NCBI GenBank assembly: GCA_910584975.1
Contig: CAJUEA010000001.1
Location: 127,127-191,126 of the forward strand
DNA from: an uncultured Christensenella sp.
GTDB lineage: Bacteria > Bacillota > Clostridia > Christensenellales > UBA3700
DNA length: 64,000 bases
Direction of reading: 5' to 3'
Part shown: positions 18,741-28,948 of the stretch, piece after piece
Position numbering within the stretch: the stretch's first letter is position 1
Layout of the letters: every line of letters begins with the position of its first letter
Made by a program: the position numbers and the translations under genes
Notes under the pieces: model-generated
The model's database searches: none
Seen by the model: only the letters and a program-made list of their open reading frames with translations
What the model was told of the DNA's origin: nothing

Positions 18741-20066
18741 TTGAAAAAGATAGGTGTAATTTCGCTTGGTTGCGATAAAAACAGAATAGATACGGAAAAT
18801 ATGCTTGCTTTTTTGGAAGAAGAAGGATATGTTTTTACAGGCGACCCAAAAGACAGCGACATTATTATTGTAAACACTTGCGCATTCATTGACAGCGCAA
18901 AGCAAGAGTCTATAGATACCATTTTGGAGATGAGTGATTTCAAACAAAATGGCAAATGCAAATGTCTTGTTGTCAGTGGATGTTTGAGCCAAAGGTATAT
19001 GGATAGTTTGGTGGAGGAGCTGCCTGAGGTTGATATTTTTGTTGGAACTGCAAATTATCGTGAATTGCCAGAACTTATTAAAGATTTTATGAATAATCAT
19101 TCAAAAATCGCTATTAAAAACGAAATTAACAAAAGAGATTTTACAAAAAAGAGAGTTTTGACAACACCTTATCACTATGCATATCTTAAAATTGCTGAAG
19201 GTTGCAACAATAATTGTACATATTGCGCCATACCAAAAATTCGTGGAAAATTTACCTCAAGACCAATGGAGGAAATAACCTCTGAGGCAAAAGATATTAT
19301 TGAAAAATATGGCGTAAAAGAGCTTAATCTTGTTGCTCAAGATATCACAAGATATGGCAAGGACTTGTATGGAGAGCTTAAACTTGTTGAACTTATCGGC
19401 GAACTTGAAAAGCTAGATTGCAGTTGGATTAGGCTTTTGTACTGCTATCCAGAGCTTGTAACGGACGAGCTTATTAGCAAAATCAAAAACAGCCAAAAGG
19501 TTGTTAAATATATAGATATCCCAATGCAACACGCATCTGACAATATCTTAAAAAGAATGAACAGGCATGTGAGACAACAATTTTTGCAAGACTTAATTGA
19601 CAAATTGCGTGCACAAATTCCAGATATCGTTATTCGAACAACATTTATTGTTGGATTCCCAGGAGAAACAGAGCAAGATTTTGAAATTTTGTATAACTTT
19701 GTTCAAAAAAATGCCTTTGACAAATGTGGATTTTTTGCTTATTCAAGGGAGGATGGCACTCCTGCATATGATTTTGAAAATCAAGTGGATGAGGATATAA
19801 AGCAACAAAGAGTTTCTATGCTTTATGAATTGCAAGAAGAAATTATGGCTGAAAAATCAAACGCCATGATTGGCAAAATTGTGGATGTTATGTATGAACA
19901 GGTGGATTTTGACAGCCAATGTTTTGTTGGCAGAATGGCAGAAGATGCGCCTGAAATTGACAGAGTTGTTTACTTTACTTCAACTGAACCTGTGGATATC
20001 GGAGGAATGTACAAAATAAAGATTACGGAAAAAATAGGCTTGGATTTAAAAGGAGAATTAGTATGA
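18741..20066 (+). CDS. rimO: Ribosomal protein S12 methylthiotransferase RimO (MiaB family radical SAM)
   Basis: N-terminal UPF0004 cysteines (LGCDKN…VNTCAF…GCL), radical SAM CNNNCTYCAIP, C-terminal TRAM; TTG start after GAGAGGAAAAGA. Confidence 0.85.
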   Translation: MKKIGVISLGCDKNRIDTENMLAFLEEEGYVFTGDPKDSDIIIVNTCAFIDSAKQESIDTILEMSDFKQNGKCKCLVVSGCLSQRYMDSLVEELPEVDIFVGTANYRELPELIKDFMNNHSKIAIKNEINKRDFTKKRVLTTPYHYAYLKIAEGCNNNCTYCAIPKIRGKFTSRPMEEITSEAKDIIEKYGVKELNLVAQDITRYGKDLYGELKLVELIGELEKLDCSWIRLLYCYPELVTDELISKIKNSQKVVKYIDIPMQHASDNILKRMNRHVRQQFLQDLIDKLRAQIPDIVIRTTFIVGFPGETEQDFEILYNFVQKNAFDKCGFFAYSREDGTPAYDFENQVDEDIKQQRVSMLYELQEEIMAEKSNAMIGKIVDVMYEQVDFDSQCFVGRMAEDAPEIDRVVYFTSTEPVDIGGMYKIKITEKIGLDLKGELV

Positions 20067-20851
20067 ATTTACCTACTCGAATAACGGTTGCAAGAATAGC
20101 ATTAATTCCATTGTTTGTGTTGCTGTTTTGCTTAAATGCAGTGTTTCAGCAATACTATATTCCAATGACAATTGTGTTTATTGTTGCATCTTGCACTGAT
20201 TTTGTGGACGGACATTTGGCAAGAAAACATAATCTTGTTACTGATTTAGGCAAATTCCTTGACCCAATTGCGGACAAAATACTTGTTGTTGCAGGAATGA
20301 TAGTTTTGCTTAGAATGAATTTTGTCACTTCAACAGGTGTTGTGTATCCTGTGCTTGCGCCATACTTTGGAGAGATATGTGTCACTTTGATTTTGGCAAG
20401 AGAGTTTATTATTGGCGTATTCAGACAACTTGCTGCATCAAAAGGTGTGGTTATGGCAGCAGACAAACTGGGCAAAGCAAAAACAATTGTTACTTTGATA
20501 GCATTGCCTGTTCTTATGTTGGTGCCTTTAATCAATGAACCTTGGCATAAAGCAGTAAACTGGGTTGGCGTTGTTTTCTTGTTTGCAGGTTGGATTTTGT
20601 TTGGTGTGGCAACAATTCTTACTGTTGTATCGGGCTTTAATTATATTTGGAAAAACAGACACGCTTTGAAAACTGAACAAGAGCAAAGCAAGTCTAGTGA
20701 AAATGAAAAATGTGAATGTAATTGTATGAACGCAAATGAAAACAATGACAATGCTCAAAGTTTAAACTTGAATGTGATTGGTGTTGAAGTTGCTACATTG
20801 CAAGAGGAAGAGAAAACAGAGGCACAAGAAGAGGAGGCAAACAATGACTGA
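20063..20851 (+). CDS. pgsA: CDP-diacylglycerol--glycerol-3-phosphate 3-phosphatidyltransferase with ~60-aa acidic/Cys-containing C-terminal tail
   Basis: CDP-alcohol phosphotransferase motif DFVDGHLAR…G…DPIADK; multiple TM helices; start overlaps rimO stop. Confidence 0.88.
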   Translation: MNLPTRITVARIALIPLFVLLFCLNAVFQQYYIPMTIVFIVASCTDFVDGHLARKHNLVTDLGKFLDPIADKILVVAGMIVLLRMNFVTSTGVVYPVLAPYFGEICVTLILAREFIIGVFRQLAASKGVVMAADKLGKAKTIVTLIALPVLMLVPLINEPWHKAVNWVGVVFLFAGWILFGVATILTVVSGFNYIWKNRHALKTEQEQSKSSENEKCECNCMNANENNDNAQSLNLNVIGVEVATLQEEEKTEAQEEEANND

Positions 20852-21557
20852 TAAGGAATATGTTTATCAATGTGTGCTTAGAACATATGGTTTGGATAGT
20901 GCAAGATTTGAAAAAATTTGTGGAGATTTGAGAACCAATGAAATTAGCATAAGCTTTGAGGAAAATTGTTTGGACGGGGTGATTACAATTTCTAAAAATA
21001 ATGTTGATGCTTTTGCATTGGAAAGTATTCTTGGCAAAATCAATGTGAGACTTGAAGATTATATTTATGCAGATAAGGATATGGACTTAAATGAATGTCT
21101 TGTAAAGCTACTTACAAAAAAAGGCGAAATGCTTGGTGTGGCAGAGTCAATCACTGGTGGACTTATAAGCTCTACATTGTGCGATGTGGATGGCGCAAGC
21201 AAAGTGCTTTATGAAGGAATTGTTACTTACAACAATGGTGCAAAAGTAAGGCGTTTGCATGTTCCTGCAACAACTCTTGAGGAGTATTCAGCTGTCAGCA
21301 AACAAACTTGTGAAGCAATGCTAAAAGGCTTGCTTGCAAACAAGGAAATTGTTTATGGCTTGGCAACAACTGGCTATGCTAATCACCAAGATGATGCTTT
21401 GTCTGGTCTTGTTTATATTGGTTATGGCAGTCTTGCAAACTTTAGAATTGAAGAAGTTATGTTTAAAGGCAGCAGAAATGAGGTAAGAAAAAAAGCTTGT
21501 AATTATGCAATGTTTAGATTAATAAAGCTTATTGACAGCGTGGAAAGAATTTATTAA
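20844..21557 (+). CDS. cinA: CinA-family protein (PncC-type nicotinamide-nucleotide amidohydrolase domain), short form lacking the N-terminal MoCF-like domain
   Basis: VAESITGGL… motif of CinA C-terminal domain; ATG 20844 follows GAGGAGG and overlaps pgsA stop; the longer tracked ORF (20778) is an in-frame read-through of the pgsA 3' end. Confidence 0.8.
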   Translation: MTDKEYVYQCVLRTYGLDSARFEKICGDLRTNEISISFEENCLDGVITISKNNVDAFALESILGKINVRLEDYIYADKDMDLNECLVKLLTKKGEMLGVAESITGGLISSTLCDVDGASKVLYEGIVTYNNGAKVRRLHVPATTLEEYSAVSKQTCEAMLKGLLANKEIVYGLATTGYANHQDDALSGLVYIGYGSLANFRIEEVMFKGSRNEVRKKACNYAMFRLIKLIDSVERIY

Positions 21558-21661
21558 GAATTTGTTATCTGTAGTGAATAAAAAAGTCTGAAAAGTTAAA
21601 AAATACAATAGAAAAATCAAATAACCTTTCGAAAATCGGGGTTAAATAAAGAGGAGAATGT

Positions 21662-22699
21662 ATGGCAGAGAAAAAATCAAAGGTAATGAATATACCTACA
21701 AACGAAAGCGACAAGGCTAAGTACATAGATGAGGCAATCAAAAAGATTACTGATGTTTATGGCGAAGGTAGCATAATGAAATTGGGCGAGCATGACATTG
21801 TGCCTATTGAAGTAATTCCAACAGGTTGCTTGACATTGGATGTTGCACTTGGAACAGGTGGTATGCCTCGTGGTAGAATTGTGGAAATCTATGGACCTGA
21901 GTCTTCAGGTAAAACAACCGTGGCATTGCATGTTATTGCAAGTGCACAAAAAACAGGTGGCATTTGTGCGTTTGTGGATGCAGAGCACGCACTTGACCCA
22001 ATCTATGCAGAAAAACTTGGCGTTAAGCTTAAAGATTTGTATATTGCACAACCAGACAACGGGGAACAAGCTCTTGATATCGTTGAAACTCTTGTTAGAT
22101 CAGGCAGTATGGATGTTATTGTTGTGGACTCTGTTGCTGCACTAACTCCAAAGGCAGAAATTGATGGCGATATGGGTGATTCTGTTGTTGGTTTGCAAGC
22201 AAGATTGATGTCTCAAGCATTAAGAAAACTTACAGCTATTATCAACAAGTCAAAAACTGTTGTTATATTTATCAACCAACTTCGTGAAAAAGTAGGCGTT
22301 ATTTATGGCTCACCAGAGGTTACTGCAGGTGGTAAAGCACTTAAGTTTTATGCAAGTGTAAGAATTGATGTAAGAAAAGGCGAGGCTTTGAAGGCATCTG
22401 CTGATGATATTAGAGGAAACAAAACAAAAGCTAAAATTGTTAAAAACAAACTGGCTCCTCCATTCAAAACTGCTGATTTTGAGATTATGTACGGAAAAGG
22501 CATCTCCAAAAATGGCTGTTTGATTGATGTTGCAGTTGATTACGATGTTGTTAAAAAAGGTGGCAGCTGGTATAGCTACAATGACCAAAAGATTGGACAA
22601 GGCAAGGAAAAAGCAGTTGATTATTTGGATAGCAATCCACAAGTTTCAGACGAAATTTATGAAAAAGTTATGGAACTTATGAAAGCTGGTAAAAAATAA
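21662..22699 (+). CDS. recA: Recombinase RecA
   Basis: GPESSGKTT Walker [19 protein letters not shown], typical RecA throughout; RBS GAGGAG. Confidence 0.98.
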   Translation: MAEKKSKVMNIPTNESDKAKYIDEAIKKITDVYGEGSIMKLGEHDIVPIEVIPTGCLTLDVALGTGGMPRGRIVEIYGPESSGKTTVALHVIASAQKTGGICAFVDAEHALDPIYAEKLGVKLKDLYIAQPDNGEQALDIVETLVRSGSMDVIVVDSVAALTPKAEIDGDMGDSVVGLQARLMSQALRKLTAIINKSKTVVIFINQLREKVGVIYGSPEVTAGGKALKFYASVRIDVRKGEALKASADDIRGNKTKAKIVKNKLAPPFKTADFEIMYGKGISKNGCLIDVAVDYDVVKKGGSWYSYNDQKIGQGKEKAVDYLDSNPQVSDEIYEKVMELMKAGKK

Positions 22700-22907
22700 A
22701 TATTTTGAAAAAGCAGGTTAAACACAATTTTTTGATGGTATCAAAATTATGTTTTGCATTATGGATGTTGTATTGTTTTTGCAATTTATCAAAAATTGCA
22801 AATGCGTGTATTTTTTTGATATAAAACTAATTTCAATTTGTTTTTTATTGTTTAATAAATAAAATTTGGCTTTTGATTTGCAAAAAAATAAAATACAACA
22901 AAAGGTA

Positions 22908-22936
22908 TTGACATTATTGCTATTTTGCAGTATTAT
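22908..22936 (+). promoter_or_regulatory. Sigma-70-type promoter upstream of rny
   Basis: TTGACA (22908-22913), 17-nt spacer, TATTAT (22931-22936). Confidence 0.55.
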
Positions 22937-23011
22937 TATATTATGGTAGATATGTTTGCGAACGAATATCTGCCAATTGTAACTTGAAAATTAAATAGGA
23001 GGTATAAACTT

Positions 23012-24613
23012 ATGTTAAGCAACAGTATTTCTACTTTGCTTTTAAGTGCTGTTGAGGGAGGTATCGTTGCTGTTATTGCAATTGTTACCGCTATTGCAGG
23101 AATAGGTTTGGGTGTTTTGGCATACTATTTGGTGTTTGTCAAAAAAGTCAAATCTGCTAAGGCTGCTGCGGATAAAATTGTTGAAGACGGCAAGGCAGAG
23201 GCCAAAACTTTAAGAAAAGAGGCACTTCAAGAGGCAAAGGAAGAACAAAGAAGGTTGCGTAACGAGTTTGAAAGAGAATCCAAAGAAAGGCGTGCGGAAA
23301 TCCAAAAGTCAGAACAAAGACTTTTGCAAAGGGAAGATTTATTGACCAAAAAAGAACTTTTAATTGACAAAAAAATGGACTCTTGCGATGAGTATAAAAA
23401 ATCATTGGAGGCAAGAGAAAAGGAAATCGAGAACTTAGAGGTTGAGATTAGTCAATCACATTCAAAAATGGTTGAAGAACTTGAAAAAGTAGCAAATATG
23501 ACCGTAGACGAGGCCAGAACAACTCTTATGGATGAGTTGCTTGAAGGCGTTAAAAAAGAAGCGGGCATTATGGCAAAGGAAATTGAAAACAATGCCAAGG
23601 AAGAAGCAGAAAAAAAAGCTAAAAATATCATTGGTATGGCTGTGCAAAAATGTGCTGCCGATCATGCCCAAGAGCTTACTGTGTCAGTTGTTTCACTGCC
23701 AAATGACGATATGAAAGGCAGATTGATAGGAAGAGTGGGAAGAAATATTCGTGCTTTGGAAAATGCAACTGGTATTGATTTGATTATAGATGATACTCCT
23801 GATGTGGTAACATTATCAGGGTTCGACCCGCTGAGAAGGGAAATCGCACGAATTACTATCGAAAGATTGGTAAATGACGGAAGAATTCATCCTGCAAGAA
23901 TTGAGGAGATGGTGGAAAAAGTTAAGCGTGAGCTTGCCGTTCAAATCAAGGAAATTGGTGAAAATGCTGTGTTTGATGCAAATGTTTACAATGTTCATCC
24001 AGAACTTGTCAAATTGCTTGGCAGATTAAAATTCCGTACAAGTTATGGTCAAAATGTTTTGAACCACAGCTTGGAAGTATCATATCTTGCGGGAGTAATG
24101 GCGGCTGAACTTGGTGCGGATATTAAAATCGCAAAAAGAGCAGGATTGTTGCACGATATTGGTAAGGCTGTTGACCACGAAGTGGAAGGCACTCATATCC
24201 AAATCGGTGTAGAGCTTGCTAAAAAATATAAGGAAAACAGAGCTGTTATTCATGCTATTGAGGCACACCACAATGATGTTGAGCCACAAACATTGGAGGC
24301 AATTATTGTACAGGCGGCAGACGCAATATCTGGTTCAAGACCGGGTGCAAGGCGTGAGTCGTTGGAAAATTATGTAAAACGCTTGGAAAAATTGGAAGGA
24401 ATCGCAAACTCGTTCGCAGGAGTAGAGCAATCATATGCAATTCAAGCAGGCAGAGAAGTTCGTGTTATTGTCAAGCCAGAACAGGTTGACGATTCATCAA
24501 CAATCTTCCTTGCAAAAGATATTGCAGCAAAGGTAGAGTCAGAACTTGAGTACCCAGGACAAATTAAAGTTAATGTCATCAGGGAAACAAGATCAGTCGA
24601 ATATGCAAAATAA
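23012..24613 (+). CDS. rny: Ribonuclease Y
   Basis: N-terminal TM helix, long coiled coil, KH domain ([19 protein letters not shown]), HD domain ([12 protein letters not shown]…HH). Confidence 0.95.
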   Translation: MLSNSISTLLLSAVEGGIVAVIAIVTAIAGIGLGVLAYYLVFVKKVKSAKAAADKIVEDGKAEAKTLRKEALQEAKEEQRRLRNEFERESKERRAEIQKSEQRLLQREDLLTKKELLIDKKMDSCDEYKKSLEAREKEIENLEVEISQSHSKMVEELEKVANMTVDEARTTLMDELLEGVKKEAGIMAKEIENNAKEEAEKKAKNIIGMAVQKCAADHAQELTVSVVSLPNDDMKGRLIGRVGRNIRALENATGIDLIIDDTPDVVTLSGFDPLRREIARITIERLVNDGRIHPARIEEMVEKVKRELAVQIKEIGENAVFDANVYNVHPELVKLLGRLKFRTSYGQNVLNHSLEVSYLAGVMAAELGADIKIAKRAGLLHDIGKAVDHEVEGTHIQIGVELAKKYKENRAVIHAIEAHHNDVEPQTLEAIIVQAADAISGSRPGARRESLENYVKRLEKLEGIANSFAGVEQSYAIQAGREVRVIVKPEQVDDSSTIFLAKDIAAKVESELEYPGQIKVNVIRETRSVEYAK

Positions 24614-24616
24614 CTT

Positions 24617-24648
24617 AAAAGACAGAGCATTGCGCCCTGTCTTTTTTA
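24617..24648 (+). terminator. Rho-independent terminator after rny
   Basis: Stem AAAAGACAG (24617-24625) / CTGTCTTTT (24637-24645) with T-run; a second hairpin AAAAGGCGAAC/GTTCGCCTTTT lies at 24684-24708. Confidence 0.75.
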
Positions 24649-24890
24649 ATGCAAAAATTATGTTTAGCGTTAATGTTTTGATAAAAAGGCGAACATTGTT
24701 CGCCTTTTTGACATTTAAGATAATTTTATTATCACTTAATATTTTAAATTAAAAAACATACAAGTTTATTTTTTTAATTCTAAAATTAATAAATACAATC
24801 AAATTGAAAAAACACATTAGCGTTTTAGTGCCGATTTTTGAATTGTTTTTGACAAAATTTCTATTCATTAAGAATTTATTGTTTAAAAAA

Positions 24891-25745
24891 TTATTCATTC
24901 AAATTTGATTCTACTTCGTGAAAATAATTCAAATATGACTTTTTGCAATAATCACAAATTTCTTCGTCTTTTGCAGGGGTGCTATGGAAATTATATGCAC
25001 CATTCACACGCCAACCATTAAGCAAGGATGTGCGTATTGCATCTTTTGGACAATCAAATGCACACCCCATACATCCAACGCAATCTTTTCCAAAAACAGG
25101 TTTGCCGTCTTTCATTTTGATATTTTGGGTAGGGCATATTTTTTCGCAAATTCCACAACCAATACAAGCATCTGTAGCTTTGTAGTGTTTGCCCATTGCG
25201 GGCATAGCAATGTGTTCTGCACGACACACAAAGGAAACAATTCGATTGAAAATTCCGTTTTTACACAATTTGCCGTTGTCTGCAATTATGTCTGCAACAT
25301 CTTTTTTTGCTTTTATTTTAGCTGCATTTTCCATCCTTGTTGCCATATTGTCAGTGTGATGAAAAATAATGTTGTAAGGCATAATGTACATTGATTCGCC
25401 TTTAACACAGTAACCCTTTTTGCGAAGAATTCGTTTTGGAACTATTCCAGCTGCATTGTTTAGTTTTAGTGGTTCGCCGGATATACGCATAATATAAACG
25501 CTTTTGTTGTTTTCGCACTTTGGCAAACTTTTCAAAAAATTCAACATTGGCATAGGTGTGTTAAAGCCGTGTACAGGATAGGCAATTATAAGCTTGTCAT
25601 AATTTTCTTGAATGTTAGCATCTTTAACATTTTTCAACAAATTGAGTTCGCTTTCAACGCCATTTACAGAAAGTTCACTTGCCAATATGTTGCAAACTCT
25701 CAAAGTGTTGCCTGTGCCAGTAAAGGCAAAAAATCCTATTTTCAT
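24891..25745 (-). CDS. Flavodoxin-like / 2x[4Fe-4S] ferredoxin fusion (EFR1-family ferredoxin-like)
   Basis: N-terminal flavodoxin-like FTGTGNT; two CxxCxxCxxxCP motifs (CIGCGICEKICP, CVGCMGCAFDCP). Confidence 0.7.
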   Translation of the reverse strand: MKIGFFAFTGTGNTLRVCNILASELSVNGVESELNLLKNVKDANIQENYDKLIIAYPVHGFNTPMPMLNFLKSLPKCENNKSVYIMRISGEPLKLNNAAGIVPKRILRKKGYCVKGESMYIMPYNIIFHHTDNMATRMENAAKIKAKKDVADIIADNGKLCKNGIFNRIVSFVCRAEHIAMPAMGKHYKATDACIGCGICEKICPTQNIKMKDGKPVFGKDCVGCMGCAFDCPKDAIRTSLLNGWRVNGAYNFHSTPAKDEEICDYCKKSYLNYFHEVESNLNE

Positions 25746-27286
25746 AGCTCTTCCTTTTTAATACATTGACAACCTTGCTCATCAATGTAATAAATTATAT
25801 CTTCATCTGAATCGTGTGAGTCATACCAAAGCTGAGCAAAAAATGGACTTTTCTTTGCAAGGTAATCAAATCTCCAATAAGTTTGCTTTTCAGGCATTGT
25901 ACATTCAGGACACCAATGTCCTGCTCCAAGTATAGTGTAAACAGAACTTTCAAAAATATGACCTTCAGAACATTGCCATTTTATTTTTACATATTCATTT
26001 TCAGGTGCTTTCTCAGCCAGACATTTTCCACCACGGAACTCTGCGGCTTTTTGCAAATCTTCAAGTGTAAGGTCACTTAAGGTTTTGTTTTCGTCATAGC
26101 CGTGAGACAACAAGTTGTAGTTTGTGTTTGCTCTTAGTTCATCAAAATTGCCAAACGCATTTTTTGTCAAAAGCAACACTTTATCCCACTCTGTAGGGCG
26201 ATTGTTTGCAAATTGTTCCCCACCAAAATATGCTTGCACTTTAGGAATATCCTTGCTTTTCAGCCAAGTATGAGGAGAGTTGCTGTCATTTAGCAAACGA
26301 TTAAAAAGGAAAGTGTTCAATATAAATTTTGGAACAATTTTACCTAAAGAAAAAATTGGATGTGCTTTTGCAAGGTCTTGCCAAAATTGCAAAAAGCTAC
26401 CGCGTTGGTAATGGAACATATCATTTAGGCTATCGCCGTCTGCAATCCATATTCCGTGAAAATTCCTTGAAGAAAAATAGTTTGGCTTAAAATATTTGTT
26501 TATTGTTGCACCAATAATGGAAAATCCTACATCAATAGTGTCGTAACCGGTCACGCGTCCACCCAAGCCTGCGCCAATATTGTAAATGCGTTTCCAAAAA
26601 TGTGGAACTTCGTTTGCACTATCTCTTTTTAGTATATTTTTTATAAGTAGCCCACTATCTTCTGAATTTATCCATTCAAGTGGAGCGTTTAGTGCTGTGT
26701 GAAACATAAGTCCGTCAGACAAATTATCTTTGTAAATGTTTGGATGTAACATTGCAGTTTGTCTTAAAATCACCCAGTTTTCAAGTTCTGATTCAAGCAA
26801 ATATCTTTCTGCAAACAATTTGTCTTTTGCGTAAGCATCAAATGGGCTAATAAGCAATGGGTCGCCAACTCTTCCAAAAGGATGTTTTTCGTTGCGATTG
26901 CCATAAACTGCTATTGTGGAGATATGTATCAGCTTAGGCTGAGAATTTTGTTTTTTGATTGCATTTACCAAAGTAATAGCACCTTCTCGGTTGCAATCAT
27001 AGCTTTGTTGTGGGTAGTTATCTGATTTAGGTGGGATAACTGCTGCCATATGCACAACATAATCCATATCTTTTACAAGGTTTTCACATGCTTGTTGGCT
27101 ATTTATTGAATCAAAAATAATTTCAATTTTTGTTTTATATTGTTTTACAAGTTTTTGAGCTAAAATTTTGTTTTTGTCTGAGTTCCTCAATATAATGCGT
27201 ATCAGTTCAACATTGGTTAATTCAAAAGTTTGCTTTAATGCTTCGCGCCCCATATTGCCACTGACACCTGTCATTGCAATTTTCAT
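25742..27286 (-). CDS. NAD(P)-dependent epimerase/dehydratase-family (extended SDR) protein with C-terminal treble-clef zinc-ribbon region
   Basis: TGVSGNMG Rossmann motif, YAKDK (YxxxK); C-terminal KWQCSEGHIFESSVYTILGAGHWCPEC resembles DUF4379-type zinc ribbon; stop overlaps start of downstream ferredoxin gene (ATGA). Confidence 0.65.
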   Translation of the reverse strand: MKIAMTGVSGNMGREALKQTFELTNVELIRIILRNSDKNKILAQKLVKQYKTKIEIIFDSINSQQACENLVKDMDYVVHMAAVIPPKSDNYPQQSYDCNREGAITLVNAIKKQNSQPKLIHISTIAVYGNRNEKHPFGRVGDPLLISPFDAYAKDKLFAERYLLESELENWVILRQTAMLHPNIYKDNLSDGLMFHTALNAPLEWINSEDSGLLIKNILKRDSANEVPHFWKRIYNIGAGLGGRVTGYDTIDVGFSIIGATINKYFKPNYFSSRNFHGIWIADGDSLNDMFHYQRGSFLQFWQDLAKAHPIFSLGKIVPKFILNTFLFNRLLNDSNSPHTWLKSKDIPKVQAYFGGEQFANNRPTEWDKVLLLTKNAFGNFDELRANTNYNLLSHGYDENKTLSDLTLEDLQKAAEFRGGKCLAEKAPENEYVKIKWQCSEGHIFESSVYTILGAGHWCPECTMPEKQTYWRFDYLAKKSPFFAQLWYDSHDSDEDIIYYIDEQGCQCIKKEEL

Positions 27287-27319
27287 TGTTCCTCCTTTGC
27301 AAAATTTTTAGTTTTGACT

Positions 27320-27348
27320 TTGACTTTTTTATAAAAAAGTGTTATAAT
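27320..27348 (+). promoter_or_regulatory. Sigma-70-type promoter for the TetR gene in the divergent intergenic region
   Basis: TTGACT (27320-27325, itself duplicated TTGACTTTGACT), 17-nt spacer containing palindrome TTTTTTATAAAAAA, TATAAT (27343-27348). Confidence 0.55.
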
Positions 27349-27454
27349 ATAACATATTACTACTAATATATAATACCATAATATAGATTTTTCAGTCAAT
27401 AAAAAGTTTTTTATTAGCAGAAATATGCGACACTTAACGGGAGAATGTTGCAAA

Positions 27455-28024
27455 ATGAGTACAACAAATTTTTCAAAAGAATGTTTTTATGATGCGTTGA
27501 TTTCTTTGTGCAAAACAGAGAATTTTAATGATATCAATATAAAGCAAATATGCAAAAAAGCTGGTTATAACCGTAGCACTTTTTATCGACACTTTAATTG
27601 TAAGGAAGATATAATCAGGGATAAAGCAAGAGATTTAATTGCAAACTGGAATAGTACATTGAAATTTGAATTAGGCTATAGTTTTGAAAACTTCGTAAGT
27701 TTGTTTGAGTATCTTCGTGGTAATGATTATCTGTTTTTATTGATGCAAAAATTGAATATGCAAGAAGATTTATTTCGTTTGAGCTACGAATACTTGCATT
27801 ACAACTACGATGTGAATGAGTATGATTTAGTTTTTGTAAACAACGGAATTCTTGCAGTTGTGGTAAGATGGATTAACAACGGCTTGAAAGAAAACAATGA
27901 ATATATGGCAAAATTGCTGTCAAAATATGTCAAACTTGATTTAATGCAGAAAAAGAATAACAATTTGGAAAATGATACAAATATAAATGAAAGCAAAAAT
28001 ATCAAAGCAAAAGAAACTGATTAA
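27455..28024 (+). CDS. TetR/AcrR family transcriptional regulator
   Basis: N-terminal HTH …INIKQICKKAGYNRSTFYRHFNCKEDII…; ATG 27455 preferred (GGGAGA upstream). Confidence 0.8.
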   Translation: MSTTNFSKECFYDALISLCKTENFNDINIKQICKKAGYNRSTFYRHFNCKEDIIRDKARDLIANWNSTLKFELGYSFENFVSLFEYLRGNDYLFLLMQKLNMQEDLFRLSYEYLHYNYDVNEYDLVFVNNGILAVVVRWINNGLKENNEYMAKLLSKYVKLDLMQKKNNNLENDTNINESKNIKAKETD

Positions 28025-28156
28025 ATATAAAATGCTTATTTAAATTAATTGTAAATAAAACGGGGAAATTTTTCTCGTTTTATTTTTGCTAAAAAATTGT
28101 TAAATTTTGTATAATATTGAAAAGCATATATATACTAACCTAAAAGAGAGGTGTAT

Positions 28157-28873
28157 ATGCAAGCTGTTATTATGGCGGGAGGCTACGGCACAAGGCTCAG
28201 ACCGCTTACAAATGTTATTCCAAAACCAATGGTGCCGATAATTGATCAACCATTAATTGAATATATTGTGCAACATTTAAAAAAATATGACTTTGACGAC
28301 ATTATTATCACTTTGGGTTACAGGCCACAAGATATTATTTCTTATCTTGGCGATGGAAGTCGTTATGGTGTGAAAATAAGATATAATGTGGAAAACACTC
28401 CTTTAGGCACGGCAGGCAGCGTTAAAGCCGTAAGTGACATGTTGAACAAAACTTTTTTGGTTATCAGTGGAGATAGTTTTACCAATATCAATTTGTATGA
28501 TGTTGCAAAGTTTCACGGCTCTCATCCAAAGGGCATTACAATGGTTGTTAAAGAGCTTGAAGATGTAAAAGGCTTTGGCGTTGTAAAATTTGATGAGGAA
28601 GGGGATATTTCCAGCTTTGTGGAAAAACCTGAAAAGAGCAATGGCAAATTTGTCAATACAGGTATGTATATGATTGAAAAAAAACTTTTGCAAAACATTC
28701 CAAACGGTAAATTTGATTTTTCAAGAGATTTTTTCCCGTTTGTGCTTGACGAAATGAAAGCTTATGTGATGAAAGAGTATTGGTCAGATATTGGCACACT
28801 ATCTTCATATTACCTTACAAACAATGAGGTAGCACTAAATCCCGATGTCTTTGGCATAACAATAAATGCATAA
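28157..28873 (+). CDS. Sugar-phosphate nucleotidyltransferase (glucose/mannose-1-phosphate NTP-transferase family)
   Basis: MAGGYGTRLRPLT signature at N-terminus; RBS AGAGAGG. Confidence 0.8.
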   Translation: MQAVIMAGGYGTRLRPLTNVIPKPMVPIIDQPLIEYIVQHLKKYDFDDIIITLGYRPQDIISYLGDGSRYGVKIRYNVENTPLGTAGSVKAVSDMLNKTFLVISGDSFTNINLYDVAKFHGSHPKGITMVVKELEDVKGFGVVKFDEEGDISSFVEKPEKSNGKFVNTGMYMIEKKLLQNIPNGKFDFSRDFFPFVLDEMKAYVMKEYWSDIGTLSSYYLTNNEVALNPDVFGITINA

Positions 28874-28888
28874 TAATATAATCCAAAT

Positions 28889-28923
28889 AAAAAATAACCG
28901 CTTATTTTGCGGTTATTTTTTTA
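28889..28923. terminator. Bidirectional terminator between convergent genes
   Basis: AAAAAATAACCGC…GCGGTTATTTTTTT hairpin flanked by A- and T-runs. Confidence 0.8.
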
Positions 28924-28948
28924 TTTAAATATAGTTTTTATTTATTAC

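Noticed and set aside
20778-20843. N-terminal extension of the cinA ORF (MVLKLLHCKRKRKQRHKKRRQT)
   Set aside because: It overlaps the 3' end of pgsA in another frame. ATG 20844 with the GAGGAGG RBS is the credible start.
21558-21661. LexA/SOS (Cheo) box upstream of recA
   Set aside because: No GAAC-N4-GTTC-type sequence is present. The only notable element is a copy of the recurrent TTCGAAAATCGG motif, which does not fit the SOS-box, cre or CodY consensus.
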